The notes under the pieces were generated by a model, which did not search any database, was not told the origin of the DNA, and was given only the letters and a program-made list of their open reading frames with translations. Shown in pieces: positions 17,762-26,956 of a DNA stretch of 64,000 nt. Both the position numbers and the translations under genes were made by a program. This stretch comes from Candidatus Roizmanbacteria bacterium RIFOXYC1_FULL_41_16 (GTDB lineage: Bacteria; Patescibacteriota; Microgenomatia; UBA1406), in the NCBI GenBank assembly GCA_001788295.1, contig MGBO01000007.1, positions 14,263-78,262 on the forward strand, given 5' to 3'. Positions within the stretch are counted from its first letter, which is position 1; each line of letters opens with the position of its first letter.

Positions 17762-20700
17762 ATGGAAGAGAACAAGCCTGTGTTGACTAACGCCAGTGCC
17801 TTAGATTTGGATAAACTTTTGGGTAAGAAAAACGAAGAGGTGCTTTTTCGAGCTATCAAAATTTCCCTGTCTTCGCCGGACCAGATTTTAACCAAGTCTC
17901 ACGGTGAAGTCACCAAAGCCGAAACCATCAATTATCGGACCTTTAAACCGGAAAAAGACGGTTTGTTTGATGAACGTATTTTTGGTCCGACCAAAGACTT
18001 TGAATGTTACTGTGGCAAGTATCGACGTATTCGTTACAAAGGGATTGTTTGTGACCGCTGTGGAGTTGAAGTGACTTCATCAAGTGTTCGTCGTGAACGG
18101 ATGGGCCACATTACTTTGGCGGCTCCGGTTGCCCATATCTGGTTTTTCAAAACCACTAGCTCACCCATGTCTTTGATTTTGGGAATTCCGGCTAACGCCT
18201 TGGAGAGAATTATTTATTTTGCTTTGTATTTAACCAAAGGGGTTAAAGACGACAAGCGCAAGGAAGCAGAAAAAGTGATTCGTAGTAAGGAAAAAGAATC
18301 CAAAGTAAATCTTGATGAATGGTACGGCCGTTTGCAAAAGGACTTGAAAGCCTCAGAAGACAAAGAAATCGACCATATCAAGAAAAAAATCACCAATAAA
18401 GATCGACACAGCATTGCCGAATCTGAAACCAGGCATAAATTCAAGCAAAAAAGGTTGACTCTTGCCAACGAATATCAGGATAAAAAAACCATTCAGGAAG
18501 ATTACTATAATCGTTTGGCTAAGCTTGCCAAATCGATCCGGCCAATGGATGTTTTGGAAGAGGACGACTATCTCTCTTTCAGAGAGTTGGGTATTTCTGA
18601 TCTGGTCGAGGTTGGAATGGGAGCCGAAGTGATTTTGGAGGTCTTAAGCTCTCTTGATATGAATAAGTTGATTGCCGATCTAAACAAAAGATTGGCCGCA
18701 ACCAAGGGTGAAGCCAAAACCAAATTGCTAAAAAGAATTAGAGCAGTCGAAGCTTTTGTTAAAGCTAAAATTGAGCCCAAATGGATGACTTTAACCGTTT
18801 TGCCGGTGATCCCTCCGGATTTGCGGCCGATGGTGCAGCTAACCGGTGGGAAATTTGCGACTTCGGACTTGAATGATTTTTATCGAAGAGTAATTAACCG
18901 CAACAACCGTTTACGTCATTTAATTGAGTTAGGAGCTCCTAACATTATTTTGCGCAATGAGAAAAGAATGTTGCAGGAAGCAGTCGATTCTTTGATTGAT
19001 TTGAGCAAAAGCTCAGGTCGGGCTACTCGTGCCGGTGGAGCAGGAATCAAAAAGAAAAAATCCCTATCGGACATTCTGAAGGGAAAACAGGGCCGGTTCC
19101 GTCAGAATTTATTGGGTAAACGTGTCGATTACTCCGGTCGTTCGGTAATTGTGGTTGGTCCGGAACTGAAAATTGACCAGTTCGGTTTACCCAAAGAAAT
19201 GGCTTTGGAGCTTTATAAGCCTTTTATTTTGCGAGATATTATTAATCAAGGCTTTGCGACTAATATTAAGAGTGCCAAAAACTTTTTTGAGAGCAAAGAC
19301 CCGGTGATTTATGATATTTTGGAAAAAGTCGTTGAGAACTATCCGGTTTTGTTGAATCGGGCTCCCACTTTGCATAAATTGAGCATTTTGGCTTTTTATC
19401 CGGTTTTAACCGATGACATTGCCATCCGATTGCATCCGTGTGTTTGTCAGGGTTACAACGCCGATTTCGACGGCGACGCTATGGGTGTGTTTGTCCCATT
19501 GTCAAAAGGCGCAATTGAAGAGGCTAAGAAATATATGTTGCCGAGCGTTAACTTGTTAAAGCCGGCCGACGGATCTCTAATTGCCATTCCTAATAAAGAA
19601 ATGGTATTGGGACTCTATTTCCTAACCAGTCAGAACGAAGACATTACTCCGGACGAGAAGAAACTGTCTGCTTTTGCTAGCGTACAAGAGGTTCGTATGG
19701 CTTATCAGCTTAAAAAAGTCGATCTTAGACAACTCATTTATTTTAAGCATGAAAACGAAGTGGTCAAAACCACTGTCGGCCGTGTCTTTTTAAACGAGAA
19801 ATTACCTTTGGAACTAGGTTTTATTAATACCGTACTTAAAGCGGCCGATGTTAAAGCGCTAACCAAAAGAGCGATGAAAGTGCTTCCACAGGCCAAAGTG
19901 GCTGAATTGATTGATCAGCTCAAAGACTTGGGTTTCTGGGCGGCCACCAAATTTTCCGGCGCTTCTTTTTCAGTGACTGACTGTATCATCTACGACGACA
20001 AGAAAAAAGTGGTTAATGAAGCCGAAACCTCTGCGGCCGAAATTGACAGTAACTATCAGCAGGGTTTGGTGACATTGAATGAGAAAAGAGAATTAATTAA
20101 TAACGTTTGGATTGAAACCACGGAAAAGTTAGCCGACCTGACTTGGGACGCTTATAAAGAGGAAAATCCGGTCAAGGTGATTATTAAATCCGGAGGAGCT
20201 CGGGCTTCCCGTGAACAACTTAAACAGATTTCCGGTATTAAGGGTTTAATTTACGATCCGTTGGGTAAAATTGTGGAAATGCCCACTAAATCCAATTACC
20301 GTGAAGGTTTGACTATTTTTGAATACTTTACCAATACTCGTGGTGCCCGTAAAGGTTTGGCCGACTCGGCCTTAAAAACCGCCGACGCCGGTTATCTAAC
20401 CAGACGTTTGGTTGACGTTGCCCACGACGTCATTGTTAAGGAAGACGACTGTGGTGAAAAAAATGGCATTCTTGTCAGCCGTACCGGAATCCGCGGTGAT
20501 AAATTCAACGAAAGAGTGATCAATCGTTATTTGGCCAAAGATGTTAAAAATGGCAAAAAAGTTCTGTTTAAAGTTAATACTTTGGTGACTGATGAAATTT
20601 TGGCTGAAATTAATCAAGCTAAGATTGAAAAAGTGGAAGTACGTAGTCCTTTGCTTTGTCAAACCAAACGTGGTTTGTGCCGCAAGTGTTACGGTTCGGA

Positions 20701-21541
20701 TTTCACCACCAGCAAAACGGTGGAAATTGGTGTGCCCGTGGGTGTTGTTGCCGCTCAGTCTATTGGTGAGCCAGGTACTCAGCTGACAATGCGAGTCAGG
20801 CACTTTGGTGGTATTGTTATTTCAGACGTTACTCAGGGCTTGCCTCGGGTAGAGGAACTTTTGGAAACCCGGACTCCCAAAGTCATTTCGCCAATTGCCG
20901 AAATCGACGGTAAAGCCAAAGTCAGAGAAGACAATGAAAACGAGCTGTATCAAATTGAAATAGCCACAACAGACGGTAAGATCACCAAGTTTTACCAGAT
21001 TCCGATGACGCAAAGACTGCATATTAAAAACGGTCAGCTGGTGACCAAAGGAACTCAATTGAGCGAGGGTTATCTCGACATCAAAGAAGTTTTGGAAATC
21101 AGAGGCATCAGATCAACTCAGATGTATCTGTTGCACGAGATTCAGAACGTGTATGAATCTCAAGGGATCGGTATTCACGATAAGCATTTTGAAGTCATTA
21201 TTCGCAAAATGAGCGACAAAATTATTATTGACGACGAGGGTGACACTAATTTCTTGATGGGTGAGGCCGTTAATAAAGACGTCTTTATCGAAGAAAACAA
21301 AAAGATAGTTGCCAAGGGTGGTAAGCCAGCATCTGGTAAGACCAAGATTTTGGGAATCACCAATGCTTCGATCTTTACCGATTCATGGTTGTCAGCGGCT
21401 TCGTTCCAGAACACAACCAATGTTCTGACTCGTTCCGCTATTAAAGGCCAGATGGACTATTTGTACGGTCTTAAGGAAAATGTTATAATCGGTAGACTGA
21501 TTCCAGTGACGGAAAAATTAATAAATAAATACTATAAATAA
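17762..21541 (+). CDS. rpoC: RNA polymerase beta' subunit
   Basis: Zn-binding CYCGKY...CDRC, GKRVDYSGRS, catalytic NADFDGD, AGYLTRRLVDV, GEPGTQLTMR. Confidence 0.99.
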   Translation: MEENKPVLTNASALDLDKLLGKKNEEVLFRAIKISLSSPDQILTKSHGEVTKAETINYRTFKPEKDGLFDERIFGPTKDFECYCGKYRRIRYKGIVCDRCGVEVTSSSVRRERMGHITLAAPVAHIWFFKTTSSPMSLILGIPANALERIIYFALYLTKGVKDDKRKEAEKVIRSKEKESKVNLDEWYGRLQKDLKASEDKEIDHIKKKITNKDRHSIAESETRHKFKQKRLTLANEYQDKKTIQEDYYNRLAKLAKSIRPMDVLEEDDYLSFRELGISDLVEVGMGAEVILEVLSSLDMNKLIADLNKRLAATKGEAKTKLLKRIRAVEAFVKAKIEPKWMTLTVLPVIPPDLRPMVQLTGGKFATSDLNDFYRRVINRNNRLRHLIELGAPNIILRNEKRMLQEAVDSLIDLSKSSGRATRAGGAGIKKKKSLSDILKGKQGRFRQNLLGKRVDYSGRSVIVVGPELKIDQFGLPKEMALELYKPFILRDIINQGFATNIKSAKNFFESKDPVIYDILEKVVENYPVLLNRAPTLHKLSILAFYPVLTDDIAIRLHPCVCQGYNADFDGDAMGVFVPLSKGAIEEAKKYMLPSVNLLKPADGSLIAIPNKEMVLGLYFLTSQNEDITPDEKKLSAFASVQEVRMAYQLKKVDLRQLIYFKHENEVVKTTVGRVFLNEKLPLELGFINTVLKAADVKALTKRAMKVLPQAKVAELIDQLKDLGFWAATKFSGASFSVTDCIIYDDKKKVVNEAETSAAEIDSNYQQGLVTLNEKRELINNVWIETTEKLADLTWDAYKEENPVKVIIKSGGARASREQLKQISGIKGLIYDPLGKIVEMPTKSNYREGLTIFEYFTNTRGARKGLADSALKTADAGYLTRRLVDVAHDVIVKEDDCGEKNGILVSRTGIRGDKFNERVINRYLAKDVKNGKKVLFKVNTLVTDEILAEINQAKIEKVEVRSPLLCQTKRGLCRKCYGSDFTTSKTVEIGVPVGVVAAQSIGEPGTQLTMRVRHFGGIVISDVTQGLPRVEELLETRTPKVISPIAEIDGKAKVREDNENELYQIEIATTDGKITKFYQIPMTQRLHIKNGQLVTKGTQLSEGYLDIKEVLEIRGIRSTQMYLLHEIQNVYESQGIGIHDKHFEVIIRKMSDKIIIDDEGDTNFLMGEAVNKDVFIEENKKIVAKGGKPASGKTKILGITNASIFTDSWLSAASFQNTTNVLTRSAIKGQMDYLYGLKENVIIGRLIPVTEKLINKYYK

Positions 21542-21544
21542 AAA

Positions 21545-21967
21545 ATGCCAACGATTAATCAGCTGATCAGAAAAGGGCGTAAAATCAAAAACCGTTCTAC
21601 CAAAGCCTTGGCTTTGAAAAAATGGTACAACCATCTGACCGGCCAGTACAAGTTAAATTCTTCCCCTTTTAAAAAGGGAGTTTGTACTGTGGTGCGTACG
21701 ATGACACCTAAGAAACCAAACTCGGCTTTACGTAAAATTGCCAGAGTCAGGCTATCCAACAAAATGGAGGTGACTGCCTATATTCCGGGAATTGGTCATA
21801 ATTTGGCCGAGCATTCGATTGTTTTGGTTCGTGGTGGTCGCGTGCCGGACTTACCTGGTGTTAAATACCATATTGTTAGAGGAGTTTATGATACCGGCGG
21901 AGTTGATAACCGTAAATCCTCTCGGTCCAAATATGGTGCTAAGTTAAGCAAAGAGGCTAAAAGTTAA
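21545..21967 (+). CDS. rpsL: 30S ribosomal protein S12
   Basis: [30 protein letters not shown]. Confidence 0.99.
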   Translation: MPTINQLIRKGRKIKNRSTKALALKKWYNHLTGQYKLNSSPFKKGVCTVVRTMTPKKPNSALRKIARVRLSNKMEVTAYIPGIGHNLAEHSIVLVRGGRVPDLPGVKYHIVRGVYDTGGVDNRKSSRSKYGAKLSKEAKS

Positions 21968-21976
21968 TTTTTAAAA

Positions 21977-22450
21977 ATGCCCAGACGCGGATATAAAATC
22001 AGAAAAGCAGCCGTTGATCCGGTTTACCAAAGCCCACTGGTTGCCAAACTCATTAATTTAGTGATGAAAGACGGTAAACGTGAAGTGGCGCAAAAACTGG
22101 TTTATCAGACTTTGGACAAGTTTAAGGAAAAAAAGCTTGAGCCTTTGGAAGTATTTGAGAAAGTAGTTAATAATATCGGTCCTCGAATGGTAGTTCGGCC
22201 GCGCCGAATTGGTGGTGCCTCGTATATGGTCCCTAAAGAGGTTCAGCCCAAACATCGGCTTTTTTTAGCTCTCAAATGGCTGGTCGACGCCTCCCGTACT
22301 CGTCCCAACAAGGAATATCATACTTTTACTGATAAACTGTATGCGGAAATGGCAGACGCTTACGAAGGCAAGGGGGCTGCCGTTGATAAAAACAACCAAG
22401 CCCAAAAGCTTGCCGAAGCAAACAAAGTGTTTGCCCATTTTTCCTGGTAA
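21977..22450 (+). CDS. rpsG: 30S ribosomal protein S7
   Basis: MPRR, MKDGK, RRIGGASYMVP, AEANKVFAHF. Confidence 0.98.
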   Translation: MPRRGYKIRKAAVDPVYQSPLVAKLINLVMKDGKREVAQKLVYQTLDKFKEKKLEPLEVFEKVVNNIGPRMVVRPRRIGGASYMVPKEVQPKHRLFLALKWLVDASRTRPNKEYHTFTDKLYAEMADAYEGKGAAVDKNNQAQKLAEANKVFAHFSW

Positions 22451-22456
22451 ATTCCC

Positions 22457-24568
22457 ATGGCACAGCAAAGTATTTTTACCAAAAACCGTCAGGTCGCGTT
22501 AGACAAAATCCGTAATATCGGTATCATTGCTCACATTGATGCCGGCAAAACCACCACTACCGAAAGAATCCTTTTTTATACCGGCCGAAGCTATAAGATC
22601 GGCGATATTGATGAAGGCACCACCCAGATGGACTGGATGGAGCAGGAGAAAGAGCGTGGCATTACCATTATGTCAGCGGCCACGACCACGTTTTGGCGTG
22701 AAGTCCGCATTAATATTATCGATACTCCCGGCCATGTTGATTTTACCGCCGAAGTGGAGCGTTCCTTAAGAGTGCTCGACGGCGCCGTGGTTATTTTTGA
22801 TGCCGAAGAAGGAGTGCAGGCTCAATCCGAAACCGTTTGGCGCCAAGCCGACAAATACAAAGTCCCTCGGTTATGTTTTATTAACAAGATGGACAAGCTC
22901 GGAGCCGATTATGAAGACACTTTGATTCAGATCCGCGAAAAATTGGGTGCCGTTCCGGTTTCGATCACGATTCCAATCGGTAAAGAAAATGAGTTTAAAG
23001 GCGTGATTGATCTTTTGAGTATGAAAGCCCTTCTTTGGGATCAGGATCCCCAGGGAATAAAATACAGTACAGTTGAGATTCCTGAGGATTATCAGGAAAT
23101 AGCCAAGAAAAAGAAAGCCACCTTGATTGAAATTGTTTCAGAACATGATGACGTTTTAATGGAAAAGTTTATTGCCGAGCAGGCAATTTCAGACGAAGAG
23201 CTGATGCAAGGCATTCGTCGAGCCACCATTGCTTACAAAATCATTCCTATTTATGCCGGTACCTCGTTGCGTAATAAGGGCGTTCAGCCTCTTTTAAACG
23301 GTGTGGTTGATTTTTTACCGTCGCCGGTTGATCTCAAAGAAATCGAAGGCGTTGAGCCCTCAACAGACAAAATTATCAAACGGGCGCTGGTTCCAGAGGA
23401 AAAACTATGTATGCTTTCTTTTAAGCTGCAGTTGGATACGCACGTGGGTAAGTTGACTTATGCCCGTATTTATTCAGGAATACTCAAATCCGGTTCTTAT
23501 GTTTTTAATCCTCGCAGTCGCGAAAAAGAGAGAATCAGCCGGATTTTATTAATGCACGCCAATCAGCGGGAAGAGATTGACAGCGCTTATGCCGGTGAGA
23601 TTGTGGCGTTGGTCGGGCCCAAAAAAGCCAAAACCGGTGATACTCTTACTGAGGAAAATGCGCCAATTGTTTTGGAGACCATTAAATTTCCCGAGCCGGT
23701 GATTTCTTTGGCAATCGAGCCCAAGACTAAGGCTGATCAAGAAAAATTAGGCAATATTTTGCAGAAGTTTTTGGAAGAAGACCCTACTTTTAAGGTGAAA
23801 TACAATCATGAAACCGGACAGACCGTGATTGCCGGCATGGGTGAATTGCACTTGGAAATTATTGTCGATCGGATGAGGCGTGAGTATAACATGAACGCTA
23901 ACGTTGGTAAGCCTCAAGTTGCTTATAAAGAAACGATTACTCAAGAAGCCGAGACTGAAGGGAAATACATCAAACAGTCCGGTGGCCGTGGCCAATATGG
24001 CCATTGTTTTCTAAGACTCAAGCCGTTGCCTCGAGGTGAGGGCTTTAAATTCATCAATGCCATCAAAGGTGGCGCTATTCCTGGAGAGTTTATCGGTTCA
24101 GTGGAAAAAGGCGTTAAAGAGGCTCTCGACAAAGGTGTGCTTGCCGGATACCCGCTGTCGGATTTAGAAGTGACTCTTTATGACGGTAGTTATCATGACG
24201 TCGATTCCTCAGACATTGCCTTTAAAATTGCCGGGTCAATGGCTCTTACTTCCGGCGCTCGCAAAGCCGGACTTACTCTAACCGAGCCGGTGATGAAAAT
24301 GGAAGTCAGCACGCCAGAGATCAATATGGGTACGGTGATTGGCGACTTATCCAGCAAGCGTGCCAAGATCCTAAAAACCACCAAGCGGGGTGACTCAGTC
24401 ACGATTGACGCTTATGCGCCCCTAGCCGAGCTCTCCGGCTATGCCACGATGATTCGTTCACTTACTCAAGGTCGCGGCTTTTTCTATATGGAACCTTCTC
24501 ATTACGAAGAAGTGCCCAAAAACATTCAGGCCAAAATTGTTGAGGAGCGCATGGGCTCCCGCAAATAA
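22457..24568 (+). CDS. fusA: Elongation factor G
   Basis: AHIDAGKTTTTERIL, RGITI, DTPGHVDF, NKMD, KQSGGRGQYG, SYHDVDSS. Confidence 0.99.
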   Translation: MAQQSIFTKNRQVALDKIRNIGIIAHIDAGKTTTTERILFYTGRSYKIGDIDEGTTQMDWMEQEKERGITIMSAATTTFWREVRINIIDTPGHVDFTAEVERSLRVLDGAVVIFDAEEGVQAQSETVWRQADKYKVPRLCFINKMDKLGADYEDTLIQIREKLGAVPVSITIPIGKENEFKGVIDLLSMKALLWDQDPQGIKYSTVEIPEDYQEIAKKKKATLIEIVSEHDDVLMEKFIAEQAISDEELMQGIRRATIAYKIIPIYAGTSLRNKGVQPLLNGVVDFLPSPVDLKEIEGVEPSTDKIIKRALVPEEKLCMLSFKLQLDTHVGKLTYARIYSGILKSGSYVFNPRSREKERISRILLMHANQREEIDSAYAGEIVALVGPKKAKTGDTLTEENAPIVLETIKFPEPVISLAIEPKTKADQEKLGNILQKFLEEDPTFKVKYNHETGQTVIAGMGELHLEIIVDRMRREYNMNANVGKPQVAYKETITQEAETEGKYIKQSGGRGQYGHCFLRLKPLPRGEGFKFINAIKGGAIPGEFIGSVEKGVKEALDKGVLAGYPLSDLEVTLYDGSYHDVDSSDIAFKIAGSMALTSGARKAGLTLTEPVMKMEVSTPEINMGTVIGDLSSKRAKILKTTKRGDSVTIDAYAPLAELSGYATMIRSLTQGRGFFYMEPSHYEEVPKNIQAKIVEERMGSRK

Positions 24569-24571
24569 CCG

Positions 24572-24609
24572 TTCCATTTCGGGAATGGAACAGCGCGTGC
24601 TATAGCTCT
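24572..24609 (+). repeat. 38-bp direct repeat, copy 1 (contains a palindrome)
   Basis: TTCCATTTCGGGAATGGAACAGCGCGTGCTATAGCTCT; 36/38 identical to 24966-25003. Confidence 0.93.
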
Positions 24610-24616
24610 CCTAAAC

Positions 24617-24707
24617 TTGCTTTTTACCCCCTAATATCCTATAATATTTATGCCACTGAGCAATTTGCCGCTCAGTGAGTACTTTGAAAGGAGGTGACTA
24701 TGTCACC
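24617..24707 (+). promoter_or_regulatory. Promoter, 5' hairpin, strong Shine-Dalgarno and start-occluding hairpin
   Basis: TTGCTT-17-TATAAT (24617-24645); CACTGAGC/GCTCAGTG; AAAGGAGGTGA; GGTGAC-TAT-GTCACC around ATG 24700. Confidence 0.7.
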
Positions 24708-24924
24708 CATGAAAACTCCACCAGAAACGGTGGAGAAAATAAAAGCCGAACATCCCGAGTCCTGGGATGCCAGCGGGAATTATATTCCCAATGGTATTCC
24801 GGAAGTCGGCAGCCCTGACCAGAAGACTGGTTGCAGGGCTACTGGTTGTGAGTACCTAGTACTCATAACCATTTTCTTTATTGGTGTTGTGTCATTGATC
24901 GTCATACTGACGATACTGACATGA
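24700..24924 (+). CDS. Small protein (74 aa) with a C-terminal transmembrane helix
   Basis: Own promoter, SD 5 nt before the ATG, and terminator; C-terminus YLVLITIFFIGVVSLIVILTILT. Confidence 0.8.
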   Translation: MSPMKTPPETVEKIKAEHPESWDASGNYIPNGIPEVGSPDQKTGCRATGCEYLVLITIFFIGVVSLIVILTILT

Positions 24925-24928
24925 CTAT

Positions 24929-24957
24929 GGCCCGGACCTTTGGTCCGGGCCTTTTCT
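24929..24957 (+). terminator. Intrinsic terminator
   Basis: Perfect 10-bp GC-rich stem GGCCCGGACC/GGTCCGGGCC followed by TTTTCT. Confidence 0.85.
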
Positions 24958-24965
24958 TAGCTCTA

Positions 24966-25003
24966 TTCCATATCGGGAATGGAACAGCGCGTGTTATAGC
25001 TCT
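24966..25003 (+). repeat. 38-bp direct repeat, copy 2 (overlaps the stop codon of the DUF192 gene)
   Basis: TTCCATATCGGGAATGGAACAGCGCGTGTTATAGCTCT. Confidence 0.93.
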
Positions 25004-25443
25004 ATATATACAGTATCTTTGAGCTTAATATTGAACTTGTCAATAAAGCCGCTCTTTACTTCTAAAAGTCGGTCAAACGGTTCCTGACTGATAGCGTATT
25101 CAACTTCGTTATTATTGTTCACCGGTGCTTTGACATTTTCCAATAAATAAACGACGCGGTTGCCATTAATAAAAATAAAATCCAAATCAAAAAGCATGTC
25201 TTTCATCCAAAACTGATATCTGTCGGGCTGGTCAAAAACAAACAAAAGCCCCTCGTCATAACCGATGGCGCTGTGATTGGAATAGCCTTGGGTCCGTTTT
25301 TGGTCAGTATCGGCGATTGTGATTGAAATCGTGACTTTATTTTTAATTGTGAGTTTATTCTTACTTGAGGCTGGTTTTGTTTTTAAGCCAAAGCCTGCTA
25401 GAATTAGAATAGTTATTGCAATTAAAAACCACATTTTTTTCAT
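24994..25443 (-). CDS. DUF192 family protein
   Basis: IADT...RTQG, GLLFVF, FWMKDMLFDLDFIFI, LEVKSG; N-terminal signal/anchor. Confidence 0.88.
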   Translation of the reverse strand: MKKMWFLIAITILILAGFGLKTKPASSKNKLTIKNKVTISITIADTDQKRTQGYSNHSAIGYDEGLLFVFDQPDRYQFWMKDMLFDLDFIFINGNRVVYLLENVKAPVNNNNEVEYAISQEPFDRLLEVKSGFIDKFNIKLKDTVYIEL

Positions 25444-26485
25444 GACCAAAATTAAGCTTATCACAGATGCCAGTTATGCAACAGCCTGGAATCGGGTAGT
25501 GACTCACCCTTTGCAAACTTGGGAGTGGGGAGAAATCAGGCAAAAAACCGGCAACCAGATTTTGCGTTTGGCTCTTGTCAACGACCAGGATCAAATTCAG
25601 CAAGCCTTTCTGTTCACTCTTCACTCATTGCCTTGGGGCAAGCAGATTATCAACTATGCCAAGGGCCCGTTTTTGCCAGAAGCCGTTTGGCAATATCTCA
25701 AAGAACATTATCATCAAACTGTTTTGTTGGTCAAACTTGAACCTGAGGTTTTTATTGAGGAGGCGGGAAAGTACCAGCTACCCATTTATAAACAGCACTG
25801 GCAAGACAATGGCCTGGATTTTTATCTATCCAAATCGCCTGTTTTTGCCAGACACACTTTTATACTGGACCTTGAGCCAAATGAAGCCAAATTATTGAGC
25901 CTGATGAAAAGTAAAACTCGCTACAACATCAATCTAGCCCGGCGCAAAGGCGTTGTTATTAAAGATGAAACCAGCGATCCGGCGGCGTTTTCGATTTTTT
26001 TTAAGCTGTATCAGCAGACCATCAAGCGCCAAAACTATCTGGGCCATTCACAAAAATACCATCAAACAGTTTGGGAAATTATGAAGCAGGCTGGAGTTGC
26101 CAAAATTCTGACTGCTTATTATCAAAATGAGCCATTGTCTAGTTATACCCTGTTTTTCTACAAAAACACTGCTTATTATCTTTATGGTGGCTCAAGTTCT
26201 AGACACAAAGAGGTGATGGCCTCCAATCTGCTAATGTGGGAAGCGCTGTTACTGGCAAAAAAGCAAGGAATGAAATACTTTGATCTTTGGGGGGCTTTGG
26301 AAAAAAACTATTCCCCCAATCATCCTTGGGCCGGCTTTCATCGTTTCAAAGAGGGCTACGGCGGTCTTCATCAAGCATATTTACCCACGCTCGACGTTGT
26401 CTTTGATCCAATCGGATATTGGTTTTTCAGCCTGTTGTGGCCGCTGCGAATCAAAATTCTGGAGTTGATCAGGCGCTTTTTTTAA
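25442..26485 (+). CDS. FemAB/FemX family peptidoglycan bridge aminoacyltransferase
   Basis: HPLQTWEWG, KSKTRYNINLA, YLYGGSS, NLLMWEA, FDLWG, GFHRFKEGYGG. Confidence 0.92.
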   Translation: MTKIKLITDASYATAWNRVVTHPLQTWEWGEIRQKTGNQILRLALVNDQDQIQQAFLFTLHSLPWGKQIINYAKGPFLPEAVWQYLKEHYHQTVLLVKLEPEVFIEEAGKYQLPIYKQHWQDNGLDFYLSKSPVFARHTFILDLEPNEAKLLSLMKSKTRYNINLARRKGVVIKDETSDPAAFSIFFKLYQQTIKRQNYLGHSQKYHQTVWEIMKQAGVAKILTAYYQNEPLSSYTLFFYKNTAYYLYGGSSSRHKEVMASNLLMWEALLLAKKQGMKYFDLWGALEKNYSPNHPWAGFHRFKEGYGGLHQAYLPTLDVVFDPIGYWFFSLLWPLRIKILELIRRFF

Positions 26486-26933
26486 CCTGAATGATTTTAA
26501 TCTCACCGTTAGGAATAATATACAAATCACCCTTTTCCGTTTCCAGATAAGTGCTTTTGAGTGTCACTTTTTTCACCGTGCCGGCATATTTATCAATCGT
26601 GATGAAGCGGTTAATTTTAAACTCCGGTTCCAACAGTAAATAAATACCGGCGATGATATCCTTAAAAAAGCTTTGAGCGCCAAAACCAATGGCAAAACCG
26701 ACAATTGACGAGGACAGAAGGTAAGGAGTGACGTCGACCTCAAAAAGATTAAGAATGGCCATGGCCGCCAAAAAATAAACTACGACTGCGACTGCCTGCC
26801 TGAGAAAATCAATCACGGTCTTGGCCTTACTGGTTTGCCGACTTTTGGGAAGCAGGATAAATTTAGGCGCGATTTTGGCAATTACATAAGAACTGACCAG
26901 AATTATCAATAACTTTAGGATTTTATCTTCCAT
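26469..26933 (-). CDS. Small MscS-family mechanosensitive channel (short form)
   Basis: GFAIGFGAQSFFKDIIAG, GTVKKVTLKST, IIPNG. Confidence 0.85.
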   Translation of the reverse strand: MEDKILKLLIILVSSYVIAKIAPKFILLPKSRQTSKAKTVIDFLRQAVAVVVYFLAAMAILNLFEVDVTPYLLSSSIVGFAIGFGAQSFFKDIIAGIYLLLEPEFKINRFITIDKYAGTVKKVTLKSTYLETEKGDLYIIPNGEIKIIQVKKSA

Positions 26934-26956
26934 GGTTTTATAGTAAGATTATATCC

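Noticed and set aside
24572..25003. 38-bp palindromic repeats as a CRISPR array
   Set aside because: Only two copies, 356 bp apart, with a full gene between them and no cas genes.
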